A DNA stretch of 64,000 bases from Bdellovibrionales bacterium (lineage in GTDB: Bacteria; Bdellovibrionota; Bdellovibrionia; Bdellovibrionales; UBA1609). The DNA lies in contig CBDCMT010000001.1 in assembly GCA_965219095.1 (NCBI GenBank), positions 512,001 to 576,000 of the forward strand. The letters run 5' to 3'. Shown piece by piece: positions 39,275 to 49,501 of this stretch (positions within the stretch are counted from its first letter, which is position 1; each line of letters opens with the position of its first letter). The position numbers and the translations under genes are program-made. Under the pieces are notes generated by a model that made no database searches, was not told the origin of the DNA, and was given only the letters and a program-made list of their open reading frames with translations.

Positions 39275-40345
39275 ATGGACTTATTCCTCTCAGTTTCAGT
39301 GTTTTTTCTTAAGGTCATTATCATTGTTACAGGAATTCTTGTTATTATAGGCTTCTTTTTCGCTATGATTCAAAAGTCTAAAGAGAAAAGCCCTAAAATC
39401 AAAGTCAATCATGTGAACAAAAAATGGAAAGAACGTTTGCAAGCCATAAACTCTCGTATTTTAAGTAAAAAGGAAGTAAAAAAACTAAAAAAACAACAAA
39501 AAGCAAAACAAAAAGATAAAAAAGATAAGAAAAATAAGACTATTTATGTTCTTTCCTTTAAAGGTGATGTCAAAGCCTCCCAAGTAAAAAATTTACGACA
39601 AGAGGTCTCAGTTCTTTTAGAATTGGCTGATAAAAAAAAGGATGAGGTTGTGATTCGTGTAGAAAGCCCAGGGGGGACTGTTATGGGTTATGGTTTAGCA
39701 GCTTCTCAACTCATGAGATTGAAAGAAGCAGGACTCAAGCTTATCGCTTGTGTGGATAAAATTGCAGCAAGCGGAGGATATATGATGGCCTGTACAGCTG
39801 ATCATATTGTAGCCGCCCCTTTTTCCATTATAGGTTCTATTGGAGTGGTGTCGAGTTTTCCTAACTTTCACAGATTTTTAAAAGGAAAAAATGTAGATTA
39901 TTTACAAATCACAGCAGGCGAGTACAAAAGAACCATAACAGTCCTTGGTGAAATAACAGATAAAGCAAAGCTAAAACATCAAGAACAAATTGAAAACATT
40001 CATACTCTTTTTAAAAACTTTGTGTTTAAAAACAGACAGAAATTGAATCTTTCCCAAGTAGCTACAGGAGAATATTGGCTAGGCTCTGATGCACTTAATT
40101 TAAATCTCGTTGACGAAATAAAAACAAGTGATGAATATCTTTTTTCAAAAAGAAATGAAGCTGAGATTTATGAAATATCTATTGACGATTTAGATAAAAA
40201 GAATTTTTTAAAAAAACTTATGGAGGCAGGTCTATTTTATGACAGAAATTTTTTTGAATTCTATGGCCTTAAGAATTCAAAAAGAGAGAATATAAAAGAT
40301 CATAAAACGTCTCCTCATCCTTATGAAGACTTGATGTTTTTATAA
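39275..40345 (+). CDS. sohB: S49-family protease SohB
   Basis: ESPGGTVMGYGLAASQL, VDKIAASGGYMMAC and TAGEYKRT. Confidence 0.93.
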   Translation: MDLFLSVSVFFLKVIIIVTGILVIIGFFFAMIQKSKEKSPKIKVNHVNKKWKERLQAINSRILSKKEVKKLKKQQKAKQKDKKDKKNKTIYVLSFKGDVKASQVKNLRQEVSVLLELADKKKDEVVIRVESPGGTVMGYGLAASQLMRLKEAGLKLIACVDKIAASGGYMMACTADHIVAAPFSIIGSIGVVSSFPNFHRFLKGKNVDYLQITAGEYKRTITVLGEITDKAKLKHQEQIENIHTLFKNFVFKNRQKLNLSQVATGEYWLGSDALNLNLVDEIKTSDEYLFSKRNEAEIYEISIDDLDKKNFLKKLMEAGLFYDRNFFEFYGLKNSKRENIKDHKTSPHPYEDLMFL

Positions 40346-40408
40346 AAAAGTGTTCCATATGTTTTAGGAAAGCCTGTAAATTCCTTTAATTCCTTAGCTT
40401 TTGTTTTT

Positions 40409-40761
40409 CCCGACTTCAGCGTTTTCCACTACTAAAACTTCATAAAAGTGTGCGAGCTATGTTTAGAACAGAGTTGGGTGGTATTTTTCCAGAAAGTGCA
40501 TTTGTAGTGTCAGAAATCTTTTTTTGAGGTCTTTTCAGGGCTGGAAATTTCTTTTAACATTTAAATATGTTTGTAAAAAAGATTCCAAGAAAAAATGGTT
40601 CTATTTCAGTTCAGATTGTAGAGAACAAGAGAGTACAGAATAAAGTCATCCAAAAAACCATTCAACATTTGGAGCAATATACAGATAAGAAGAGGTTGGA
40701 ACAAACCCTATCTTTTGCAGAACAGCTTATTATACTATTTCCAAAAAATAAGTCATTTTAA
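40409..40761 (+). mobile_element. IS1634-family left-end remnant with truncated transposase (40567-40761)
   Basis: Near-identical to 12151-12425. Confidence 0.85.
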
Positions 40762-40805
40762 TGAGTTTAGTCTTTTTCACATGCGACTGTTTAGTAAAAA
40801 TACAT

Positions 40806-41702
40806 TTACTGAAGAAAGAAAAGACCCATTAAGTTGTAAACATTTTGAGTGGGAATACCCATGTGAGTTGCTACTTTTCCAAAGAGCTTAGCAAGTCCAA
40901 TAGGATCTGTGGCTGTGGCTTTTTCTACCTCATCAAATGAAACTCCAATTATTTTTTGTGCATACCGATTAGTCGTCTCTCTGTCCAGACTATCTGGATC
41001 AAGGTTTGCAAATTCAATAGCCAGCTCTGCTATTACTGAGGTTTTGTCTTCAGACACATTAAACTGAGTACGTAAGATTTCAGAGAATTTCTCAACTTTA
41101 CTTTCTTCCATAAAGCCAAGTTCCATTCCTGTATAGTAGCTGTAAGTGTCTTTTAGATCGCTGTACTCTCTTCCTGTATTAGAATCTGTATAGACGTAAT
41201 CGTTGATAGAATGCTGAGTATAATTATTATTTTTTCTTGTAATGTAGAAATCAGCTTCAGATTTTCCTTCTGATCGCACAAGGTTAACTACAGAATTTTC
41301 TCTATAGTAAGAGTCAAGATCAGGATAACCACCAATTATCCTTTTATAAATGAGATACCGAGTCCCCTGACTGTTTCCCCTCTTATAAGAGTCATCAGAA
41401 TAATAACTCTCCATAAAATTGTTAAAATTCACAGCTACATATTCATTGGTGTTTCTGTCATAATAAACAGCATAGCCTGTTTGTTTAGTCCATTTCTTTA
41501 CGAGTACAAGATTATGGCGTCTACCTTTATCACCTAAAACCTGATTGAGCATATTTGAAAAAAGTATGGCTATATTCGCATGGTCTATGTCTTGTCTTGT
41601 ACCTTTGCCTTTAGCATTGCCGTTGTTGTCACCACCACCACAACCTATGAGTAAAAAAGAACCGCAGATGATTGTTATTAAAATTTTTGATATTGTTTTC
41701 AT
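40806..41702 (-). CDS. Lipoprotein of unknown function
   Basis: RBS GAGGAGG, then MKTISKILITIICGSFLLIG-C lipobox at 41702. The ORF-track extension to 41828 comes from an IS end. Confidence 0.8.
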   Translation of the reverse strand: MKTISKILITIICGSFLLIGCGGGDNNGNAKGKGTRQDIDHANIAILFSNMLNQVLGDKGRRHNLVLVKKWTKQTGYAVYYDRNTNEYVAVNFNNFMESYYSDDSYKRGNSQGTRYLIYKRIIGGYPDLDSYYRENSVVNLVRSEGKSEADFYITRKNNNYTQHSINDYVYTDSNTGREYSDLKDTYSYYTGMELGFMEESKVEKFSEILRTQFNVSEDKTSVIAELAIEFANLDPDSLDRETTNRYAQKIIGVSFDEVEKATATDPIGLAKLFGKVATHMGIPTQNVYNLMGLFFLQ

Positions 41703-41812
41703 GTTTTCCTCCTCTTTTTGTTTATTATTTTTATTTATCTTGAACCTTATTTTTTTACTTCCTAACTGCACTATCCAATCTAATGCAACTTGAAAGTTAA
41801 TTAGCAAACATC

Positions 41813-41846
41813 TAGGGCGTGTCCTCATTTGACTGGACCTTTGCTT
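41813..41846 (-). mobile_element. IS5-family right-end remnant
   Basis: GCAAAGGTCCAGTCAAATGAGGACACGCCCTA. The sister copy at 44731-44792 is preceded by CLFIWL, an IS5 C-terminal pattern. Confidence 0.6.
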
Positions 41847-42642
41847 ATTTCATAGACTAAGGTGAGATACTGATGGTTCTTTTTCCATTGTATTTCATCT
41901 ACACCTATAGCTTGTATTCCCTTTAAAACCCTTTGTTTTAAACCATATTCTACGACCCATTCTACCGAAGCATAGACCTGATTCCAACTGACATGAAACT
42001 TACAAGAAACCTCTTTCCAAGACAGGTGACGACACCAGTCTGCTAAGTACTTCATGTAAAAGATCGTTAAACTCTTCTTACCATCGGCCCAAGGTAAATG
42101 TTCAACTTTTACCCCACAGCAAGGACAATTGACTCTTCTTACAGCATAAACAAAGAACACCCTGTAACTTAAAATAGGAAGGGATTCAAAGTCCCGTGAT
42201 GATTTACTGCTGTCATACACTGAACAGGGCTTCTTACAAACACTACAAAAAGCTTGGCCATTTTTACGAGCCTTAATAGGAACATTAATTGACTTTCTAT
42301 CTTTTGAAAAATAAATGTCTTCGTACACAAAAGACTTCCATCTTAAACAATCATTTAGTATAGTCTTCAAAAGCATCTCTTCCCTCCTTTTTTTTTTTTT
42401 TGAATAACATTTTAAGGCATCTGGGAAGTAGGTGCTTCTTTTTTAAAATTTTAATGTAACACAGCAAATAAAAGCAAATAAAATGAATGTTTTTGAGTTC
42501 AATCACCGGAGGTGATAGAGGCCAGTAAGGGCCTCAAAGAACTCAAAAATACAAGATAGGATGTCTTACTCTTACTTTGATTAATATGAGCCTTTTTGGG
42601 GGATTTCTACTACTTTTCACCCACAGATTCCCGGGAGGAGCC
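41840..42642 (-). mobile_element. ISL3 5' half with left IR
   Basis: Near-identical to 6020-6822. Confidence 0.92.
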
Positions 42643-43097
42643 ATATTTTTAAGTTTTGGATTTTCTTTTTCAAGAACTGTCATGGAATCATCAATTCTTT
42701 TACCAATATTTGTCTGCTTGGCATCGTCTTGAAGGCCACGAACGCCTGTTACAGTATTTCCAAACCACCTTGCTTTTGGAGGCACCCAGAAAACATTTTG
42801 AGCTGTGTAATAATCTCTGTCTTCTAATTCTTTTTCAATTTTTTCTGGTGCTGCATTTTTATAGTAATGACTGTGCTTAGGGTTCTTAAATTGCTTTTTC
42901 AAAGTTTCTCGAAATTCATCAAAGCTATCAGAAACATATTTTAAAAATATCAAACTTAAAACTACGTGCTTATACTCAGCCGCATCCATATTAGCTCTAA
43001 GTTTATCAGCAGCTTCCCAAAGTTTTTTTTCAATGTCCGCAAGAGACTGGGATTTAGAGGTGGCTTTTTTCTTAGTCGGTTTCTTTCTTTGTTTCAT
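42643..43097 (-). pseudogene. hsdM: Type I restriction-modification methyltransferase HsdM N-terminus, truncated by ISL3
   Basis: LWEAADKLRANMDAAEYKHVVLSLIFLKYVSD...NVFWVPPKARW...IGKRIDD. Confidence 0.9.
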
Positions 43098-43230
43098 AAT
43101 AATTTTTTAGTTTCTCAGTATAAAGGATTTTGAGCTTTTTATATAGCCTAACCATATCCCTCTGCCTAATAAATTTTCTGAGTATGTCCGTAGTTCCGTT
43201 AAAGTTTGCTAAAGAGGCCTCCTTCATAAT

Positions 43231-43347
43231 TTAGACTGTGCTGAAAAAGTGGAATCAACATTAACGTATATGCAATGCATTAGTTTTAGATTTTCAGTCT
43301 CTTCTCCTAGGGGGAATAGATGGAAAATCTAAGTGCTGTCACTATAG
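43231..43347 (+). repeat. ~116-bp direct repeat, copy 1
   Basis: Matches 44615-44730 with a few substitutions and one indel. Ends in IS630-like GTCACTA-TA. Confidence 0.9.
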
Positions 43348-43440
43348 ACGCCTTATGAGGGGCAAAAAAGGAACTCAAAACTCCACTTTTTTTATAATAA
43401 TGGACTTTACAACTCCATTATTTATATTAAAATCTTAAAT

Positions 43441-44601
43441 ATGTATAAAAGGCTCTTTTCACCCCCTCAGGATCAAAGCTATTTTCTCCTTGGCCCCCGA
43501 GGGACGGGAAAAACTTCTTTTATTAACTCTTTTTATAAGAGCTCTTTGAAATTTGATCTGCTCAACTCAGAGTTGTACCACAGTTTTTTAAGCTCTCCTA
43601 AAAGATTGTCTGAAAGAATCCCGTCTTCTTACAAAGGTTGGGTTGTCATTGATGAAATTCAAAAAATCCCCTCCCTTTTAGATGAAGTTCATCGGTTGAT
43701 TGAGACACGCAAACTTCGTTTTGTCCTAACAGGCTCCAGTGCTAGAAAGTTAAAGTCTAAAAATGCAAACCTTCTAGCAGGACGAGCTCTCAAATGCCAC
43801 ATGTACCCCTTGACCTCTGAAGAGTTAGGAGAGGACTTTCATTTAAATCGTTCTTTAAAATACGGAAATCTTCCTCAAGTTTTTTCATTAAAAAACCCAA
43901 AAAAGTTTTTACAAAGCTATGTACAAGTTTATCTTAAAGAAGAGATTAAAGAGGAAAGCTTAACGAGAAGTCTTCCTTCTTTTAGTCGGTTTTTAGAGGA
44001 AGCAAGTTTTTCTCAAGCAAACCCTCTTGTTATCTCTAACGTTGCACAAGACTGTCATGTAGAAAGAAAAGTTGTGGAAAATTACTTCTCTATTTTAAGA
44101 GACACTCTTTTATCTTATGAAATCCCTGTTTTTTCAAAAAGAGCTAAAAGAAGTCTTCTTTCTAAAAGAAAATTTTATTTTTTTGACACAGGTGTTTTTA
44201 GAGCCTTACGACCCCAGGGACCTCTAGATTCTCCAAGTGAGCTTAATGGAGCTGCCCTAGAGACTTTAGTTTTACAAGAAATTTTAGCTCAAAAAGAAAT
44301 CAAAAACTGGGATTACGAACTTTTTTACTGGAGAACCCAAAGGCATGTAGAAGTGGATTTTATCTTATATGGGAAAAAAGGCTTTAAAGCCATTGAGGTG
44401 AAAGCTTCCCATCGAATAAGAAAAGAGGACTTCAAAGGGCTTTTAGAATTTAAAAAAGATTATCCTGAATGTGAGTCTTTCCTCCTTTATACTGGAAAAG
44501 AAAACTATACAGAAAAAGATATTCATATTGTGGGAGTTGAAGACTTTTTGAAACATCTAGAAGATTTTATCGGCACATCAAAAAGCAGATCACTGGTTTA
44601 A
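43441..44601 (+). CDS. AAA ATPase (AAA_14) with DUF4143 / PD-(D/E)xK C-terminus
   Basis: GPRGTGKT, IDEIQK, LTGSS, LAGR, KFYFFDTG and YWRT...EVDFI...AIEVK. Confidence 0.9.
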   Translation: MYKRLFSPPQDQSYFLLGPRGTGKTSFINSFYKSSLKFDLLNSELYHSFLSSPKRLSERIPSSYKGWVVIDEIQKIPSLLDEVHRLIETRKLRFVLTGSSARKLKSKNANLLAGRALKCHMYPLTSEELGEDFHLNRSLKYGNLPQVFSLKNPKKFLQSYVQVYLKEEIKEESLTRSLPSFSRFLEEASFSQANPLVISNVAQDCHVERKVVENYFSILRDTLLSYEIPVFSKRAKRSLLSKRKFYFFDTGVFRALRPQGPLDSPSELNGAALETLVLQEILAQKEIKNWDYELFYWRTQRHVEVDFILYGKKGFKAIEVKASHRIRKEDFKGLLEFKKDYPECESFLLYTGKENYTEKDIHIVGVEDFLKHLEDFIGTSKSRSLV

Positions 44602-44614
44602 GCCATCATAGTGA

Positions 44615-44730
44615 TTAGGTTGTGCTAAAAAAGTGGAGTCAAAATTAACGTATATGCAATGCATTGTTTTAGATTTTCATTCTCTTCTCCTAGGGGGAAT
44701 AGATGGAAAATCTAAGTGCTGTCACTATAG
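44615..44730 (+). repeat. ~116-bp direct repeat, copy 2
   Basis: See 43231-43347. Confidence 0.9.
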
Positions 44731-45005
44731 CCTGTTTGTTTATTTGGCTTAAACTTCAAAGCAAAGGTCCAGTCAAATGAGGACACACCCTAATCATCGA
44801 AGAAGAAATTTTTTCTGAATTGAAAATAGAAGATGTAGCTCATAAAGATCATCCCCTTGTGATTTTAGCTGATAAAAGAGATTGAAAATTCATAAGTAAA
44901 ATCAGTCGTTTACATTTTGTAAAAAAAATTATCTCATCAGATAAGTAAATTATATCAGCTATTGAAATAATTTGACTTCCAAATTTCAAAAAATTAAAAT
45001 TAAGT

Positions 45006-46199
45006 ATGAAAAGCTACAAACATCCCCAGTTTTTTAAACTTAAAAAGCGGCTCAAAGATTCCAGCCGCTTCATTCAAGTTCTTTCGGGGCCTCGACAAGT
45101 AGGAAAAACAACATTAATCCATCAAGTTTTAAAAGACCTAGGGCTTCCTTGTCTTTATGCAACCGCCGACGAACTTTTTTTACAAAGTCCTCAATGGATT
45201 TATCAACAATGGGAGGCTGCGAGAGAACTGGCGAAAAAAGAAAAAACAGCTATTTTAGTTTTAGATGAAGTTCAAAAAATTAAAAATTGGTCAGAGAGGG
45301 TGAAGCTTCTTTGGGATGAAGACCAACGCAAAAACATTTCTCTTAAAACTGTTCTTCTTGGATCCTCTCCACTTTTAATGAAGCAAGGATTAGGCGAAAG
45401 TTTAACAGGACGTTTTGAAGTTCTTCCGATGAATCATTGGTCTTTTCAGGAAATGAAAACAGCTTTTCATTTTACTTTGGAAGAATACATTTACTTTGGA
45501 GGATACCCTGGAGCAGCTCCCTTTATCAAAGATGAAGAGAGGTGGAAAGAGTACATTATTCACAGTTTTGTGGAAACAGCCTTATCTAAAGATATTCATT
45601 CGACTCATACAGTGCATAAGCCGGCTCTTATGAGACAACTCTATCAACTTAGCTGTGAGTTCTCTGGGCAAATCTTATCCTACCAAAAAATGCTAGGTCA
45701 GCTTCAAGATTCTGGAAACACAACCACTCTTGCCCATTACCTTCATATCCTTTCTACAATGGGTATGGTCTGCGGTCTTGCAAAATACTCTCCTAATCTT
45801 ATTCGCAAAAGAAGTTCTAGCCCCAAACTGCAAGTCTATAATACCGCTTTAATGAGTGTATTTTTTGAAAAAAACTTTCAGCACATAAAAAAAGATAAAA
45901 AACTTTGGGGGAGACTTGTTGAATCTTGCATCGGTACTCACCTTGCTAATCATTGTTTGACAGAGAACATTGAGCTTTACTATTGGCGTGAAGCTCAAAG
46001 AGAAGTGGATTTTGTTTTTAAAAAAAGAAATAAAGTTATTGCCCTTGAAGTCAAAAGCAATTTAGTACCAAACTATTTAGAGGCTCTTGAATTTTTTAGA
46101 AAAAAATACAATCCCTATAAATGTCTTGTAATAGGAAAAAATGGCCTAAGCCTCGATGATTTTCTGTCTCAACCTGTGAGTCATTGGTTTACCGATTGA
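45006..46199 (+). CDS. AAA ATPase (AAA_14) with DUF4143 / PD-(D/E)xK C-terminus, second subtype
   Basis: GPRQVGKT, LDEVQK, LLGSS, SLTGR, GGYPG and YWRE...EVDFV...ALEVKS. Confidence 0.9.
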   Translation: MKSYKHPQFFKLKKRLKDSSRFIQVLSGPRQVGKTTLIHQVLKDLGLPCLYATADELFLQSPQWIYQQWEAARELAKKEKTAILVLDEVQKIKNWSERVKLLWDEDQRKNISLKTVLLGSSPLLMKQGLGESLTGRFEVLPMNHWSFQEMKTAFHFTLEEYIYFGGYPGAAPFIKDEERWKEYIIHSFVETALSKDIHSTHTVHKPALMRQLYQLSCEFSGQILSYQKMLGQLQDSGNTTTLAHYLHILSTMGMVCGLAKYSPNLIRKRSSSPKLQVYNTALMSVFFEKNFQHIKKDKKLWGRLVESCIGTHLANHCLTENIELYYWREAQREVDFVFKKRNKVIALEVKSNLVPNYLEALEFFRKKYNPYKCLVIGKNGLSLDDFLSQPVSHWFTD

Positions 46200-46605
46200 T
46201 CAAGCGGTGCTGTAAACCAATTGTGTAACTGTTAGATCATATAACGGTAAATAGAAAAGGCATGTCACTGTTTTAACTACGATAGTTGCTCATATGGATG
46301 ACCAATCAGTCAAGCAAGAAAAGCAACTTATAGGTAGTTAAGTTGACTTCAGTGAGGTTTGACTTATTATAAATATTATGAAAAATGTCATTGTAATCCT
46401 TTGTGTCATTTCCTTAGGTTTCTTAGGCTATAAAATGTTTTTTTCTCTTTCTGATGAACAAAAAATTTTAAAAGTCTTAGAAGAGTTTAAACAAAAGGCT
46501 TACATTACAGAGTCTTTAGGACATCTTGCCATAGTGGGAAAGGCAAAAGAGTTATCAGGTTTTTTTACTGAAAACGTAAAGTTTGTTTACAATACAAAGT
46601 CAAGG

Positions 46606-48000
46606 GAGGATGTCCCATTTCTCGGTGGAATTCTGTTCAAAAATGGAGCAGATAAGAGGACTCCCTGGTGGATTTTTAAGTCCACCTAGGATTTAATAAA
46701 TATTTAGAATGAATTAAAAATTAAACAAAAGGAGTCCAAAATGAAGAATACAAAAGAAAAAATATCAATTCAAGAACTATCGGATCACAAGGAGATTCAA
46801 GATGCTGTTCATAACTATATGAAGCATAGAATTCTTGACGTAATCTACTGGATATTTAATGACGAAGTCACTAAGCTCTGTGGTCCACTATACGATCGAG
46901 AGGAAGAATGCATGCGAAATGGAAGCGATCCTGGGTCTGTTTATGCTCAAGGACAAAGAGTTTCGATTCGAAAGCCCAGAGTTAAAAAAGACGGAAAAGA
47001 TGTCAAACTGCGAACATACTCTGCTTTGAGAAACTACGATGTTTTCACTGAAAAGATTCAGAACCACCTTCTCCATGGAGTTTCAACAAGGGACTACGAT
47101 CCTCTTTTAGAGGAGATCTCTGGTGGCACAGGAGTTAAGAAGAGTTCTGTTTCTAGAGCTTTTGTAAATTCCTCTAAGAAGGCTTTAGATGAGATAAGCT
47201 CTAAGGACTTGTCTAAGCATGAGTTTGTTTCAGTCATGATAGATGGAGTAGGCTTTGGAGATCGTACAGTGGTGGTTGCTTTAGGTATCGACGTGACGGG
47301 CAAAAAGCACATTATAGGGTTACGAGAAGGAACTACAGAAAATTGCGAGCTGACAAAAGATCTTTTAGAGAACCTTGTTTCTAGAGGTATGGATTCAGAT
47401 AAGGGCTATCTTTTTGTTATTGATGGTTCTAAAGCTCTAAGGAAGGCTATCAAGGCAGTTTGGGGAAAAAAGTCTGTTGTTCAACGTTGCATTCGTCACA
47501 AAGAAAGAAATATCCTCAATTATTTGCCAAAAGAAAGACATCAAGAGTTTCGCATTCGTTGGAAAAGACTTCATGGTTCAGTAGATTATGAATCGGCTTT
47601 GAAAGAGCATGAGGAGTTAGTTTGTTGGTTGAAACAGATCAACCATTCAGCTTTAGAATCTCTTGAAGAAGCTTGTAAGGAGACTTTGACTGTGATTCGT
47701 CTTAAAGCTACCCCCTCCTTAAAAAAGACTTTACTGTCTACAAATCCTATAGAGTCCATGTTTTCCTACACAAGGTATAGAACAGGGAGAGTTAAGAACT
47801 GGAAAAGAGGAGCAGACCAAGTGAGTCGTTGGGCTGCTGTTACTCTCTTTGATGCTGAGAAAAGATTTAAACGAATCAGAGGCTTTATGTATTTAAAAAA
47901 CTTTAAAGAAAACTTAGAAAAAATGGTTGCAAAACAAAGAAAGGTCGCTTAAACATGAAATCGCCCTCTAACTAATTCCACCGAGAAATGGGACATCCTC
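46606..48000 (+). mobile_element. IS256-family element, intact
   Basis: Perfect 27-bp IR GAGGATGTCCCATTTCTCGGTGGAATT. 8-bp TSD AGTCAAGG. Confidence 0.95.
46741..47952 (+). CDS. IS256-family transposase
   Basis: GVSTRDY, VMIDG, VIDGSKAL, QRCIRHKERN and STNPIES. Confidence 0.95.
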   Translation: MKNTKEKISIQELSDHKEIQDAVHNYMKHRILDVIYWIFNDEVTKLCGPLYDREEECMRNGSDPGSVYAQGQRVSIRKPRVKKDGKDVKLRTYSALRNYDVFTEKIQNHLLHGVSTRDYDPLLEEISGGTGVKKSSVSRAFVNSSKKALDEISSKDLSKHEFVSVMIDGVGFGDRTVVVALGIDVTGKKHIIGLREGTTENCELTKDLLENLVSRGMDSDKGYLFVIDGSKALRKAIKAVWGKKSVVQRCIRHKERNILNYLPKERHQEFRIRWKRLHGSVDYESALKEHEELVCWLKQINHSALESLEEACKETLTVIRLKATPSLKKTLLSTNPIESMFSYTRYRTGRVKNWKRGADQVSRWAAVTLFDAEKRFKRIRGFMYLKNFKENLEKMVAKQRKVA

Positions 48001-48270
48001 AGTCAAGGGCCTATAATACTGTTAAAAATAAAGAAAACTTAAAACAAAAAACTTTTTTTATCTATAACTATATTCAATTTTTAAAGCTAGAGAACTCGCA
48101 TTTTCAAGTAGAGATAAAAAATAGAAAGGCATATGTAACGTTTAGAGGGAAGGCACTCTGGAAGAAAAGAAGGAGTTCTGAAATGCGTTCAGAAACCATG
48201 AATCTTAAAGTAAGTTTTCAAAAAAATGAAGACAATGAATGGAAATGTTTTTTAGCAGAAAATATAGTTT

Positions 48271-49029
48271 CTAATTAACTTTTTTATTTTTTTTATGAAA
48301 AAAGACTAGATAACAAAGAGCCACAAGTGATAAAAGGATAAAATGTAAACTGATCCAACTAGGTGCTTTAAGACCAAAGGCAAGTGCAGGGCCTCGGTAA
48401 TCATCTCTGAAAGGCTCTATAAGAATCCTCAAAAGACAATGCCCTAACAACCATGAAAAAAACAGTACTCCTTGTTTGGGCTTCTTATGCTTTTCTAGAA
48501 AAAGAAGAAAGCTTAATAAACATAGTTCTGAGAAAGAGGAATAAAGTTGAGTGGGATGTCGTGAGTAAGGAGAGAACTCAAATTGCACAGCCCAAGGAAA
48601 ATTACAATACATTCCATAACAGCAACCGTGAAAAAAACAAGCAAGCCTTCCTATTCCACAGCCCAAAGAAACAGGTAAAGAGAGTTTATCAGCCCAAAAC
48701 AAAAAAGGCTCTTTTTTCAAAGAACAGAACAGAAGACAAGCTAAAAGTCCTCCTATCAAACCTCCAAAAAAACCAAAACCTCCATCCCAGATATAAAAAA
48801 CATAAAAAGGCCGATCTTTGTAAAACCAAGGAACTTCATAAATAACATGATAGAGTCTTCCTCCTAAAAGTCCTCCTGAAAAAAGCATGAAACTTAAAGT
48901 CATAGCTAAAGAACGAACTCCTTTTGTACGTTTAAAGAAATAGAAGATTCCTATAAGAAAAGCTAAGCTTACTATAAGCCAGTAAACTTCTATTTCAAAA
49001 AGACTGAAAATATTAAGATGGGGTTTCAC
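48271..49029 (-). CDS. lgt: Prolipoprotein diacylglyceryl transferase
   Basis: GGRLYHV, GRLACFFHGCCYG, RHPTQLY and EPFRDD. Confidence 0.92.
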   Translation of the reverse strand: MKPHLNIFSLFEIEVYWLIVSLAFLIGIFYFFKRTKGVRSLAMTLSFMLFSGGLLGGRLYHVIYEVPWFYKDRPFYVFYIWDGGFGFFGGLIGGLLACLLFCSLKKEPFLFWADKLSLPVSLGCGIGRLACFFHGCCYGMYCNFPWAVQFEFSPYSRHPTQLYSSFSELCLLSFLLFLEKHKKPKQGVLFFSWLLGHCLLRILIEPFRDDYRGPALAFGLKAPSWISLHFILLSLVALCYLVFFHKKNKKVN

Positions 49030-49501
49030 TTTTTTCTTCCTTATGGAATATAAAAATACCTATAAGGCCTATGACAATAGCTGAATCAGCAACATTGAAA
49101 GCAGGAAAATGATAACTTTTATAGTAAAAATCTAAGAAGTCTATAACGTAGTCATAACGAAGGCGATCCATGTAATTTCCAAGGGTTCCTCCACATACAA
49201 GAGCAAGAAAGAAAACTGGTAGTTTTTGGCTGTTTTTAAGATCTTTTAACATATAAAATATAGCGATTAAAACCAAAGGTGGTATGGTAAGTAGAAGTGT
49301 TTTTCTTAGATCATAGTTAGCATTCTGTAAAAACCCAAAAGCAGCTCCCTTGTTTTTAACAAAAGTGATGTTAAAAAAATTATGGATTACAGGAACACTT
49401 TCTCCTAAGTAGAATTGAGTATGAATGTAAACTTTTGTAGCTTGATCGAGAAAAAATATAAAAAGCCCTACAAAAAGGGAAGCTAGGTATTTTAGTTGCA
49501 T
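49013..49501 (-). CDS. lspA: Signal peptidase II
   Basis: DQATK, NKGAAFG, GNYMDR, VIDF and FNVADSAI. Likely start is MQLKY at 49501. Confidence 0.93.
   Translation of the reverse strand: MQLKYLASLFVGLFIFFLDQATKVYIHTQFYLGESVPVIHNFFNITFVKNKGAAFGFLQNANYDLRKTLLLTIPPLVLIAIFYMLKDLKNSQKLPVFFLALVCGGTLGNYMDRLRYDYVIDFLDFYYKSYHFPAFNVADSAIVIGLIGIFIFHKEEKSETPS

Larger units (their letters stand above)
46378..48278 (+). pseudogene. Membrane-anchored hypothetical protein (possible NTF2-like fold), split by IS256
   Basis: Removing the IS restores ...YNTKSR|AYNTVK...FQKNEDNEWK, about 165 aa. Confidence 0.8.

Noticed and set aside
43231..46288. Integron cassette array
   Set aside because: The repeats lack RYYYAAC/GTTRRRY attC ends and there is no intI in the window.
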